Below, one piece after another: positions 48,249-57,555 of a DNA stretch of 64,000 nucleotides. The first letter of the stretch is position 1. Each line of letters starts with the position of its first letter. Both the position numbers and the translations under genes were made by a program. The stretch is from a virus. The stretch lies in the IMG/VR virus record IMGVR_UViG_3300020394_000003, positions 97,705 through 161,704 of that record. The stretch is one strand, 5' to 3'. The notes below the pieces were generated by a model that ran no database searches, was not told the origin of the DNA, and saw only the letters and a program-made list of their open reading frames with translations.

Positions 48249-48779
48249 ATGCGAACTCTCGCTAGTCTTATCACGTCCGCTATGCTTTTCACTGGCTGCA
48301 TGTGGGAGGCCGAAGGTTCAGCCCGCGGCGGCTGGCCCGGTAACGATCACCATCACTATGATAATGGTGGCCACTCTCATACCGGAGGCGCAGCACCCTA
48401 TATCTACGATATGTTTGCTGAATGCTGGCTTATGGCCGATGATGGATACTACGCTACATATGGCTGGTACTTTGAAGCAGTCATCGATTACCCGTACAAT
48501 GATTTTGAACAAATCGATGAAGTATGGCTCGATGTATACGACGGCTATGGGCTGTTGTTTTCGCAGCTAATGCACGATTCAGTAGATTATGGTGGCTGGC
48601 TCAAGCCGCCAGCTGCTGCAGCTTTTGGATACAGGACTGGTCATCATGACGGTGTATTCATGTACGCTAACAGCGATCAAAACATAAACTTGAAGTGTGA
48701 CGGTAGCGCAATCTACGATGTGTATATCACAGTCTATGACGTATATGGAAATTCTGACTCTGTAGTACAAAGTCTTTAA
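48249..48779 (+). CDS. Putative lipoprotein, acidic and Tyr-rich
   Basis: Signal peptide MRTLASLITSAMLFTG-C. Confidence 0.7.
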   Translation: MRTLASLITSAMLFTGCMWEAEGSARGGWPGNDHHHYDNGGHSHTGGAAPYIYDMFAECWLMADDGYYATYGWYFEAVIDYPYNDFEQIDEVWLDVYDGYGLLFSQLMHDSVDYGGWLKPPAAAAFGYRTGHHDGVFMYANSDQNINLKCDGSAIYDVYITVYDVYGNSDSVVQSL

Positions 48780-48787
48780 ATTTTTGC

Positions 48788-48816
48788 TTGACAAGGACCC
48801 CTGCATTTGGTATGAT
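48788..48816 (+). promoter_or_regulatory. Sigma70-type promoter
   Basis: TTGACA-17 nt-TATGAT with TG extension. Confidence 0.85.
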
Positions 48817-48842
48817 ATTATCAGATGTAGGGGTTTGGTTTT

Positions 48843-49277
48843 ATGTACGCGCTTTATTCAGAAGACAGCACGGCTAGTACACTAGCTAATTCAGGACGAC
48901 ACCGGCGGTATATCGAGGCAGCTAGAAAAACAGCAGAAGACTCAACTTTTCCAGACTATCGCCATGGCGCTTTGCTAGTGCGAGGGGGTTCGATTCTAAA
49001 CTCAGCATATAACAAAAATAGCCATATTGGATGGGCAAATCGTTTTCGGGCAAAATCCTGTGGCCACGCGACTCATCACGCTGAGTTGGGTGCCATACTG
49101 GGAATCGACAGAGCCAAGTCATCAGGTGCAGACGTATATGTGGTGAGAATAGGAAAAAATGGAGAACTAAAATTATCACAACCTTGCCTCATGTGCCAAT
49201 CGGTGCTAGCACATATGGGCGTCAAAAGAGTATATTATAGCATCGATGAAAACAATCTGGGGTGCATTAAGCTATGA
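48843..49277 (+). CDS. Zn-dependent cytidine/dCMP deaminase-family protein
   Basis: HAE and PCLMC motifs. Confidence 0.85.
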   Translation: MYALYSEDSTASTLANSGRHRRYIEAARKTAEDSTFPDYRHGALLVRGGSILNSAYNKNSHIGWANRFRAKSCGHATHHAELGAILGIDRAKSSGADVYVVRIGKNGELKLSQPCLMCQSVLAHMGVKRVYYSIDENNLGCIKL

Positions 49278-49453
49278 AAATCAAAAAAGGCGACTTGGTA
49301 TTCTTCAAGCCAGAATACAATGATGACAACTGGGCAGACAGGTTAGCAGTAGTTATGTCTTTTGACGAGCCTTTGCTCTTGACATTACTATCAAAAGGTG
49401 ATATAGTTAAAGCTCCAATTTACACAGTAGAGAAAGTTAAGGAGAAGTCATGA
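49274..49453 (+). CDS. 59-aa KOW/SH3-like protein (MKIKKGDLVFFKP...), not in the ORF track
   Basis: ATGA-coupled at both ends; IKKGDLV motif. Confidence 0.6.
   Translation: MKIKKGDLVFFKPEYNDDNWADRLAVVMSFDEPLLLTLLSKGDIVKAPIYTVEKVKEKS
49379..49407 (+). promoter_or_regulatory. Sigma70-type promoter for uvsE
   Basis: TTGACA-17 nt-TATAGT with TG extension, inside the preceding small ORF. Confidence 0.75.
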
Positions 49454-50388
49454 AAAATTTTGGATATGCATGCATCAACATGGGATTTTCCCAGCGACCT
49501 AAGTCCAAGAGGATTACTACTAACCGCACTATGATCAAGCGTACATTTCATGAGCGCGGGATCGAATATGCTTCGGAACTAGCGCTGCAGAATTTGCGTG
49601 ATTTGCGCACAATTCTAGAGTGGAATCTAGAAAACGATATCTATTTCTATCGACTATCATCCGATATCATTCCGTGGGCTAGTGAGTACAAACTCACCGA
49701 TATGCCGAACTATGGTGCAATTCATGCCGCTGCATTATCTGCTGGTAATTTTGCACGTCAACATGACATGCGCCTCACATCGCACCCCGGTCCATTCAAC
49801 AAGCTGGCCTCGCCCAAAGAGCGTGTGTTTCAACTCACTAAGACTGACTTGTCGGTGCACGGCGATCTGTTTGACCTTATTGGTCTGCCTCGCACGCCGT
49901 ATGCTAAGCTAAATATTCACGTCGGCGCCGCCTACGGTGACAAACCGTTTGCGCTTGACAACTTCTGTCGCAATTTTGAAAGACTGCCGGAGAATGTACG
50001 GTCACGCTTGACTGTTGAAAACGATGACAAGGAGTCGCTGTACTCAACGCTTGAGTTGTACGAAGGCGTGTACAAGCGAATCGGTATCCCTATTGTGTTT
50101 GACTATCATCATCATATGCTTCACCCCGGCGGTCAGACCGAACAGGAAGCACTAGAGCTAGCTTTGTCTACATGGGGCGACATCAAGCCTGTGGTACACT
50201 ATGCTGAGTCTCGCTCACTGGAATATGACAACCCCAAGATCAAGCCCCAAGCACACTCTGACCGCGTTGTGCGGCCGTTTGATGACTACGGTCACGACCT
50301 TGACGTTATGATCGAAGCAAAGCACAAAGAACTCGCCCTCCTTCAGTATCGTGATATGTTGAGCGCGCAAGCAAGGGTGGTGGCATGA
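49450..50388 (+). CDS. uvsE: UV-damage endonuclease
   Basis: GYACIN, FYRLSS, HPG, IHVG, VENDD, FDYHH, HSD, MIEAK.KE. Confidence 0.93.
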   Translation: MKNFGYACINMGFSQRPKSKRITTNRTMIKRTFHERGIEYASELALQNLRDLRTILEWNLENDIYFYRLSSDIIPWASEYKLTDMPNYGAIHAAALSAGNFARQHDMRLTSHPGPFNKLASPKERVFQLTKTDLSVHGDLFDLIGLPRTPYAKLNIHVGAAYGDKPFALDNFCRNFERLPENVRSRLTVENDDKESLYSTLELYEGVYKRIGIPIVFDYHHHMLHPGGQTEQEALELALSTWGDIKPVVHYAESRSLEYDNPKIKPQAHSDRVVRPFDDYGHDLDVMIEAKHKELALLQYRDMLSAQARVVA

Positions 50389-50555
50389 TCAGGTTTATTG
50401 AAGATTTCTTGAGCAAAAGACGAGAATCCAAGCGTCAAAGTAAAATCGCACAATTGCAAAAGAAAGCAATGGAGCTTCAACGCAATGGAAATCTGCGTGA
50501 GTATGCTGTTGTTATGAAGGAAATTGAAACGTTAGAGGAACAATACAATGACTAG
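50385..50555 (+). CDS. 56-aa helical protein (DUF6435-like), not in the ORF track
   Basis: KAMELQRNGNLREYA motif; ATGA-coupled to uvsE. Confidence 0.55.
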   Translation: MIRFIEDFLSKRRESKRQSKIAQLQKKAMELQRNGNLREYAVVMKEIETLEEQYND

Positions 50556-51522
50556 CATGAAGCGAGTTCTTATTGTCGATGCACTAAACATGTTCTTTAG
50601 GGCCTATATTGTAGACCCCAGCCTGTCAACTAATGGCCAACCAATTGGTGGTTTGAAAGGTTTTCTTAAGATCTTGCAGAAGCAGATCCGAGAAACTAAG
50701 CCTGATGAGGTGATCATCGCATGGGACGGCCATGGAGGTTCCAGACGCCGCAAGAGTGTAAACAAAAACTACAAAGAAGGTCGTAAGCCCATTCGCCTGA
50801 ATCGCTCTATTCGCAATATGACCGAAAACGAGGAAATGGAGAATAAGGTTTGGCAGCAAACTCGTCTTTTCGACTACCTCAACGAAATGCCAATTGCGCA
50901 AGTTATGTTGCCAGAAGTCGAGGCTGATGATGTGATTGCTGCAGTCACAAATCTGGATTATTACAAGGGCTGGCAAAAGGTCATCGTTTCTAGTGACAAG
51001 GATTTCCTACAGTTGTGCGATCATGAGACAGTGTTATATCGCCCTATCCAAAAGGTGGTCATGAATCGCAATAAGGTCATTGAAGAATATGGTATTCATC
51101 CGACAAATATGGCTCTTGCTAGGGCTATCGTGGGTGATAAGTCTGACAATTTGGATGGTATCCCCGGTATTGGCTTGAAGACTGTTGCAAAGCGTTTTCC
51201 ATTCATGGCTGAAAGCAAAAGCTACACGATTGACGATCTTATTAGTTTGTGTGAGAATCATGAAGATTCAAAGCTGAAGGTGTACACTTCAATTGTCGAG
51301 GGTCGTGAAGTAATTGAGCAAAATTACGGACTTATGCAGCTATATGTGCCATCACTCTCCCCGCAGGGCAAACAAAAGATAAAGTATTCTGTAGAAAAAT
51401 CAGAGAAACACTTTAATCAAACAGAAATTAATGTTATGATGCTTCAGGACGGAATGGGTGTCTGGGACTGGACAACTCTTTTCACAACCATGAAGCGCAT
51501 CGCCGCCAACTCCAGAGAGTAA
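50548..51522 (+). CDS. 5'-3' exonuclease / flap endonuclease (T4 RNase H-like)
   Basis: IVDALN, YKEGR, EADDVI, SSDKDF, GDKSDNLDGIPGIG.KT. Confidence 0.93.
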   Translation: MTSMKRVLIVDALNMFFRAYIVDPSLSTNGQPIGGLKGFLKILQKQIRETKPDEVIIAWDGHGGSRRRKSVNKNYKEGRKPIRLNRSIRNMTENEEMENKVWQQTRLFDYLNEMPIAQVMLPEVEADDVIAAVTNLDYYKGWQKVIVSSDKDFLQLCDHETVLYRPIQKVVMNRNKVIEEYGIHPTNMALARAIVGDKSDNLDGIPGIGLKTVAKRFPFMAESKSYTIDDLISLCENHEDSKLKVYTSIVEGREVIEQNYGLMQLYVPSLSPQGKQKIKYSVEKSEKHFNQTEINVMMLQDGMGVWDWTTLFTTMKRIAANSRE

Positions 51523-51527
51523 GCCAG

Positions 51528-52886
51528 ATGGAAGAAAAAGCAAATTTCAGCAGATATGGGAAAGAATTTCAAGAAGGCTTATGTCAGCTTATCTTGCAGG
51601 ATCGCCCTTTTGCTGATAGGATTATGGAGGTGCTAGATCTTAATTTTCTAGAGATCTCTTACTTACAGACGTTTTTGAAAAAAATTATAGATTATCGCGA
51701 CAAGTATGGAGTTCATCCGACTTACGGCACCATGACGACGATTTTTCGCACCGAATTAGAAGAGGAGGCGGAAATTGTACAAAAACAGGTGAGAAACTTT
51801 TTTGCAAGAATCTCCAAAAACGATGTTGATGGATCTGACTATATTAAGGAAGTATCTTTAGATTTTTGCCGAAAACAAAAACTGAAAGAGGCAATGCTTG
51901 AATCAGTAAAGTTGCTTAAAACATCATCGTATGACGAAATTTCCGCTGTAATCAACGGCGCCCTAAAGTTGGGCGCTGACAACAATTATGGTTATGATTA
52001 TTTGGCTGATTTTGAAGAAAGGTTTTTGATTCAAGCTAGGAACCCTATCACGACAGGCTGGACAGAAATTGATCAAATTTGCAAGGATGGTTTAGGGTCT
52101 GGTGAGCTGGGTGTTGTGATCGCGCCGACAGGCACAGGCAAGTCAATGGTGCTAGTTCATCTGGGTGCCCAAGCCTTGCTAGCCGGCAAAACAGTCGTTC
52201 AGTATACTTTGGAACTGAGGGATACAACCATTGCGAATAGGTATGACAGTTGCATAACTGGCATTCCGTTGAGCGAGCTTTTTAATTTTAAAGAAGAGAT
52301 CCTTGAGACCGTCAAAGACGTGGATGGTAAATTAATTATCAAAGAATACCCAACAAAATCAGCGTCTGTAAAAACAATCAAAAATCATCTTGAGGGCTTA
52401 CGAAAACGCGATGTTAAGATTGATATGATTATCGTCGATTATGCGGATCTTTTAAGGCCAATTAGCTCTCAACGTGAGAAAAGAATGGAACTGGAATCTA
52501 TTTATGAAGGACTCCGGGGAATTGCTCAAGAGTTCGACTGCGCAGTATGGACAGCCTCACAAACTAACAGAGGGGGCCTTAACGCCGAGGTGATTACGAT
52601 GGAATCGATTTCAGAGGCATTTAGCAAATGTTTCGTGGCCGATTTTATCTTCTCTGTATCAAGAACAGTTCAAGATAAAACCACTAATAGTGGAAGGGTT
52701 TTTATCGCAAAAAATAGAAATGGTCCCGATGGGTTGATTTACCCTATTTACATGGACACTAGTCGTGTTAAAATCAAAGTGCACCCTAGTCAAAATGATA
52801 CCATCGAAAGCGTGGTAGCAGTATCAGCAAAACAACAACAGCAGTCGCTGAAAGAAAAATATAGAAAATTTAAAAAGGAAAATTAA
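51528..52886 (+). CDS. Replicative DnaB/gp41-type helicase
   Basis: APTGTGKS, TLEL, IVDYADL, WTASQTNR, KNRNG. Confidence 0.92.
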   Translation: MEEKANFSRYGKEFQEGLCQLILQDRPFADRIMEVLDLNFLEISYLQTFLKKIIDYRDKYGVHPTYGTMTTIFRTELEEEAEIVQKQVRNFFARISKNDVDGSDYIKEVSLDFCRKQKLKEAMLESVKLLKTSSYDEISAVINGALKLGADNNYGYDYLADFEERFLIQARNPITTGWTEIDQICKDGLGSGELGVVIAPTGTGKSMVLVHLGAQALLAGKTVVQYTLELRDTTIANRYDSCITGIPLSELFNFKEEILETVKDVDGKLIIKEYPTKSASVKTIKNHLEGLRKRDVKIDMIIVDYADLLRPISSQREKRMELESIYEGLRGIAQEFDCAVWTASQTNRGGLNAEVITMESISEAFSKCFVADFIFSVSRTVQDKTTNSGRVFIAKNRNGPDGLIYPIYMDTSRVKIKVHPSQNDTIESVVAVSAKQQQQSLKEKYRKFKKEN

Positions 52887-52888
52887 AT

Positions 52889-54859
52889 ATGAAAGACAAC
52901 ACAACAGTCAGAAAATTTCGCCTATCAGACACCTTCATCGAGCCATATACTACAGCGGAAGTGCCATGGGGTCCGCTGGGGTATGTTACATTTAAGAGGA
53001 CATATGCACGAAGGCTTAGCGAGTTTGAATCGAGCGCAGAAGGTACCGAGGAATGGTACCAGACCTGCCGACGTGTCATTGAGGGCATGTTCACCATTCA
53101 GAAGCGCCATGTGTTTATGCTAGGCCTTGAATGGAACGACGCCAAAGCTCAGCGTACAGCAAAGGATGCATATGATAGGCTGTTCAATCTAAAGTGGACT
53201 CCTCCCGGCCGCGGCCTTTGGATGATGGGAACTCATTTTATTGAAAATCGGACTGGTGCTGGACTTTTTAACTGTGCTTTTCGTTCAACAAGAGATCTTT
53301 CTTCAAAGGGGGGCTATCTTTTTAAATGGATTATGGACGCTTTGATGGTGGGCATCGGTGTTGGTTTCGACACTTTGGGTGCCGACTCGGTGGTAATCAA
53401 GGAGCCAACATGGACGGATGAGGTTTGGATGGTTCCCGACTCGCGAGAGGGCTGGGTTGAGAGCGTAGCAATGTTGCTAAATGGTTACTTTTTTGGAGAA
53501 AGGGTTCCACAGTTTGACTACTCGCAAATCCGGCCTTTAGGTGCAGAGATTCGTGGCTTCGGGGGTACTTCATCCGGCCCTGATCCTCTAATCGAGCTTC
53601 ATACCAACCTCAAGAATTTGTATTCATCTAAAATAGGGCAACAGATTAGTTCTGTAGATATTGTCGACACTGAGAACTTGATTGGACGCTGCGTTGTTGC
53701 GGGCAATGTTCGCCGTTCCGCTGCACTAGCCTTGGGTGGTCATGATGACATGGAATACCTGCAGATGAAAAATGACGAAGAGGCCCTGTATCATCATCGA
53801 TGGGGGTCAAATAATTCGTTTGTAGCCCATGTTGGTATGAATTATGATTGGCACGCCGAACAGTCACAGAAGAACGGCGAGCCCGGATATATTTGGCTTG
53901 ATAATGCACGTTCAAAAGGAAGGTTTAAGGATCCCGAGCGTTACGACGATAAGAATGTTATGGGCTTCAATCCTTGTGTGGAACAACAACTAGAGGATGC
54001 AGAATTATGTTGCTTAGTAGAGACCTTCCCTGCAAAGCATGAGACATACGAAGACTATATTAAGACTCTCAAGATTGCTTATCTATACGGCAAAACAGTA
54101 ACCTTGGTAAATACACACTGGCCCGAGACTAATGCTATCATGCTCAAAAACCGAAGAATCGGATTGTCGCAAAGCGGTGTGGTGCAGTCCTTCAACAAGC
54201 ACGGTCGCCGCGAGATTCTTAATTGGTGCGACCGGGCCTACGATTACGTTCAGGATTTAGACGAGCAATATTCTAATTGGCTGTGCATTCCCCGTTCAGT
54301 AAGAATGACCTCAATTAAGCCTTCCGGTACAGTTTCTTTGCTCAACGGCTCGACTCCCGGGATTCACTTTCCAGAGGATGAATATTATATTCGTCGGATT
54401 AGATTTTCAAGCACGTCAGAATTGCTTGAAAAGTTAAAAGAAAACGGTTATAATATAGAAAAGTGTGCGTACTCGCCAAATACCATGGTTGTTGAATTTC
54501 CAGTACATGAACCATATTTTAACAAAGGAAAGAGAGATGTCAGTATGTGGGAACAGCTAGAGATTGCTGCACAATATCAGCATTACTGGGCAGATAATTC
54601 AGTATCAGTGACTGTATCCTTCAAGCCTTCAGAGGGTTCTCAAATTAAAGAAGCACTAGAAATGTATGAAACTAGGTTGAAGGCTGTATCTTTCTTGAAG
54701 TATGAAGAGACAGGGTATGAGCAGGCACCATATGAACCAATTACAAAAGAAAAGTATGAAGAAATGAATTCAAAAATTACGCCATTTCAAAGAGCGCTTG
54801 TCAATACAGCAGGCAAGGGAACTAAGTTTTGTGACGGAGATACGTGTGTGATTGAATAG
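52889..54859 (+). CDS. nrdJ: Class II (adenosylcobalamin-dependent) ribonucleotide reductase
   Basis: PPGRGLW, FNC, GNVRRSA, NPCVEQ, CCLVE, IKPSGTVS, C-terminal FCDGDTC. Confidence 0.92.
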   Translation: MKDNTTVRKFRLSDTFIEPYTTAEVPWGPLGYVTFKRTYARRLSEFESSAEGTEEWYQTCRRVIEGMFTIQKRHVFMLGLEWNDAKAQRTAKDAYDRLFNLKWTPPGRGLWMMGTHFIENRTGAGLFNCAFRSTRDLSSKGGYLFKWIMDALMVGIGVGFDTLGADSVVIKEPTWTDEVWMVPDSREGWVESVAMLLNGYFFGERVPQFDYSQIRPLGAEIRGFGGTSSGPDPLIELHTNLKNLYSSKIGQQISSVDIVDTENLIGRCVVAGNVRRSAALALGGHDDMEYLQMKNDEEALYHHRWGSNNSFVAHVGMNYDWHAEQSQKNGEPGYIWLDNARSKGRFKDPERYDDKNVMGFNPCVEQQLEDAELCCLVETFPAKHETYEDYIKTLKIAYLYGKTVTLVNTHWPETNAIMLKNRRIGLSQSGVVQSFNKHGRREILNWCDRAYDYVQDLDEQYSNWLCIPRSVRMTSIKPSGTVSLLNGSTPGIHFPEDEYYIRRIRFSSTSELLEKLKENGYNIEKCAYSPNTMVVEFPVHEPYFNKGKRDVSMWEQLEIAAQYQHYWADNSVSVTVSFKPSEGSQIKEALEMYETRLKAVSFLKYEETGYEQAPYEPITKEKYEEMNSKITPFQRALVNTAGKGTKFCDGDTCVIE

Positions 54860-54867
54860 GAGTAAAA

Positions 54868-55107
54868 ATGAGATTAACAAAGCTGAACCACCTGTTGGGT
54901 AGACCACTGGCTACCGGCCGCTGCCCAACAGGTAAGCAACATTACTGGGTTGCTTCCGGTGAAGTCAAAGCCACAACAGGAAATAATATAGCAGTGTATG
55001 TAAGATGCAAAGAGTGCGATGCTAGAGAGACAGTGTGGTTGACAATGAATGAATATCGCTTGCAAGAGCGGATTATTAATAGCTCTCTCAAAGAGCAAGG
55101 ACAGTAA
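54868..55107 (+). CDS. Small zinc-ribbon protein
   Basis: C.....H and CKEC; AGGAG RBS. Confidence 0.55.
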   Translation: MRLTKLNHLLGRPLATGRCPTGKQHYWVASGEVKATTGNNIAVYVRCKECDARETVWLTMNEYRLQERIINSSLKEQGQ

Positions 55108-55150
55108 CATGACAATTCATAGAGATATGTACAAAAATAACGGAGAAAAA

Positions 55151-55450
55151 ATGAATAAGCCAAATTACACCCCCATGAATCGGTATCTATTGGTTAACCG
55201 TAGGCCATCTGAGACAAAGGAAGTCGAGCAAACGGTCTTACTACCAGAGGGTTACCGTAAAACCGAAAGTCGCTACGAGACTGTTGATGTCGTAAGTGCC
55301 TCGCCTAATTGCGCCTTCATTGACAGGGTTAGAGAGGGAACGAAAATTGTTGTGCTATCAAACTTTTTGGAAGATATTGAGGTAGAAGGCCACAACTATA
55401 CAGTAATTTTAGAGAATCATGTGATGGGCATCATCGGACTAGTGGGGTAA
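55151..55450 (+). CDS. groES: GroES-like co-chaperonin (track start 55049; ATG 55151 follows GGAG)
   Basis: PMNRYLLV, VLLPE mobile-loop region, VREG.KIV, IEVEG..Y.VI.E..VMGII. Confidence 0.7.
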   Translation: MNKPNYTPMNRYLLVNRRPSETKEVEQTVLLPEGYRKTESRYETVDVVSASPNCAFIDRVREGTKIVVLSNFLEDIEVEGHNYTVILENHVMGIIGLVG

Positions 55451-55452
55451 AC

Positions 55453-56016
55453 ATGGGTACAGAATTACCGCTTCCAAAAGCTAGAAATCTTTATTTACCG
55501 AAGCAAGTCGATCAGGCATCAATGAATGCACTTACCAAGAGTATTCTTGAAATCAACGATAACGATGAATATATAAAGAAACTATATGCAGTTCATGATT
55601 TGGAATACAACCCAAAGCCGATTAAGATCTATATTGACTCTTATGGAGGAGCCGTTTATCAATGTTTTGGTTTATTGGGTGTCATGGAAAAAAGTGAAAC
55701 TCCAATCCACACCATTGTTACTGGCGCAGCCATGTCCTGCGGCTTCATGATCCTAATCAGTGGCCATAAACGCCTAGGCTATTCGCTTTCAACACCACTG
55801 TACCATCAGGTTTCTACTGGATTCTGGGGCAAAGTGCAGGATATGGAAGACCACCTAGCAGAGACAAAGCGCCTTCAAAAGAAGATTGAAGATATAACCA
55901 TAGAAAAAACACAGATCTCAAAGAAGAAGCTAACAGAAATCTTAAAAAGAAAAGTTGACTGGTATATGTCAGCAGAAGAAGCTTTGCAGCTTGGGGTAAT
56001 TGATGAAATCGTATGA
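55453..56016 (+). CDS. clpP: ClpP-family serine protease
   Basis: IYIDSYGG.V, GAAMSCG, YHQ, DWYMSAEEAL.LG.ID. Confidence 0.88.
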   Translation: MGTELPLPKARNLYLPKQVDQASMNALTKSILEINDNDEYIKKLYAVHDLEYNPKPIKIYIDSYGGAVYQCFGLLGVMEKSETPIHTIVTGAAMSCGFMILISGHKRLGYSLSTPLYHQVSTGFWGKVQDMEDHLAETKRLQKKIEDITIEKTQISKKKLTEILKRKVDWYMSAEEALQLGVIDEIV

Positions 56017-56722
56017 TAGGACTGTTGAACTATATGGAGATGGCATTGGTCGCGTTGATTATGTGGAGCATATGGGGGATGACCTAACGGTCGTCAACTC
56101 AGCCCGGGTTAGCTTTGGCGTTCAAAAAGAAGAACTAGATGAAAGAGACAAAAAACTCATCAACTACCTTATTAGGCATAAGCACACTTCGACTTTGGAG
56201 CACAATCTCATTACTTTCAGGTTCTGTGTTCCTTTGTTCGTTAGGTCTCAGCACCATCGTCATCGAACATGGTCTTATAACGAGATTTCTCGACGCTATA
56301 CCGATGTAAACATTCAGTTTTATGAACCAAGTGAGTTCAGGACTCAGCACAAGTCAAATCGACAGGCGTCGAATGTTGATGAGGTAGTGAACCCTGTAGT
56401 TTATCGCTTTGAAGACGGCGGCGAAACACGCGCATCTTCACTGATTAGTAGGCATCATGAGCACTCATTGAGGTTGTTTGAAGATCTTGTCTCATCCGGT
56501 GTCTGTCGAGAACAAGCCCGAGGTGTCTTGCCTCAAAACATGTATACGGAATATTATGGAACTGTTAATTTATCTAACCTACTCAAATTCATTCAGCTAC
56601 GAACTCATATGGGAGCGCAGTGGGAGATCCAAAAAGTTGCGGAAGCGTGCTTAGAGATCGCTACGGACTTGTATCCTGAAACGGTGAATGCCTATCGACG
56701 TAATCAGGGCTACAATAATTGA
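56000..56722 (+). CDS. thyX: FAD-dependent thymidylate synthase
   Basis: H.S.LEH, RHRTWSYNEISRRY, EQARGVLP, LR....AQWEI. Confidence 0.95.
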   Translation: MMKSYDRTVELYGDGIGRVDYVEHMGDDLTVVNSARVSFGVQKEELDERDKKLINYLIRHKHTSTLEHNLITFRFCVPLFVRSQHHRHRTWSYNEISRRYTDVNIQFYEPSEFRTQHKSNRQASNVDEVVNPVVYRFEDGGETRASSLISRHHEHSLRLFEDLVSSGVCREQARGVLPQNMYTEYYGTVNLSNLLKFIQLRTHMGAQWEIQKVAEACLEIATDLYPETVNAYRRNQGYNN

Positions 56723-57555
56723 GAGATGTTACTTACAAGTATGAGACTGTGGTGGTGGGCAACACCATTGAGGCTCTGATGTGTGGGTACAATATGGGCT
56801 GCCCGGTTCTAACTCTGGGCGCCCGTCCTCCATTATTTTTTGAAACATTTGATTCTAAAAGTAAACTTTCTATAATTGGCCTTAACAATGATACTAGGGT
56901 CTTATCTACACCTAGCGGCAATATAGAAGTTGGAATGAAAAAAGAGGACTTATATCGAAAACTATCTTTGATTATGTCTCTTGCTGGTCTTCTACCCTTG
57001 TCGGATAAAGCAGTTTCAATGAGGCAAGTTGACAAAAATACTATAAAAGTAGTCTTGGATCATGCCAGAACGGTAAAATTCAATTTTAACAAATTATTGA
57101 TTTTTCAAAAAGAGCTATTGCAGCCTAAAACCCCTCCAAAATATATGGTTTTAGATTGGATGAATGTACGTTCTGGCATGATCCACCCTTTTGACAGGAT
57201 ACAAAACAACTCATTGTTTGTTAACTGTATACATTTCTATCCATCCAATAGAATCGATGGGGCTCACGATAAAAAAGATCTCGTTAGCGTATCGTTTCTT
57301 ACAAGAGAGCAAATTGATAGCTATCAATACTCTGATACTTACGCTAGGTTTAAGGTTATTGAAGATATGAAAAAAGCTGGGATCAGAGGCGCTAGAAATG
57401 GAAGGGATGCGAAAAATCGTGATCGATATAAGCACTATGCCATTCGAGTAGAGGTGGAAAAGAGGCGATTATATCCTGTTTTCGAGCACACTAGCTATAT
57501 GCCGATGGACACTACAGAAGATGAGTATTTACAATATTTATCGAGTGTTGTATGA
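56719..57555 (+). CDS. Hypothetical protein with a degenerate Rossmann-like N-terminus
   Basis: YETVVVGNTIEAL resembles an FAD-binding beta-alpha start but lacks GxGxxG. Confidence 0.5.
   Translation: MRDVTYKYETVVVGNTIEALMCGYNMGCPVLTLGARPPLFFETFDSKSKLSIIGLNNDTRVLSTPSGNIEVGMKKEDLYRKLSLIMSLAGLLPLSDKAVSMRQVDKNTIKVVLDHARTVKFNFNKLLIFQKELLQPKTPPKYMVLDWMNVRSGMIHPFDRIQNNSLFVNCIHFYPSNRIDGAHDKKDLVSVSFLTREQIDSYQYSDTYARFKVIEDMKKAGIRGARNGRDAKNRDRYKHYAIRVEVEKRRLYPVFEHTSYMPMDTTEDEYLQYLSSVV

Noticed and set aside
55049-55150. N-terminal extension of the GroES-like ORF given in the track
   Set aside because: It overlaps the upstream gene, and ATG 55151 has a GGAG RBS and gives a typical ~99-aa GroES length
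57029-57060. TTGACA inside ORF 56719 as a promoter
   Set aside because: There is no acceptable -10 hexamer at 16-18 nt spacing
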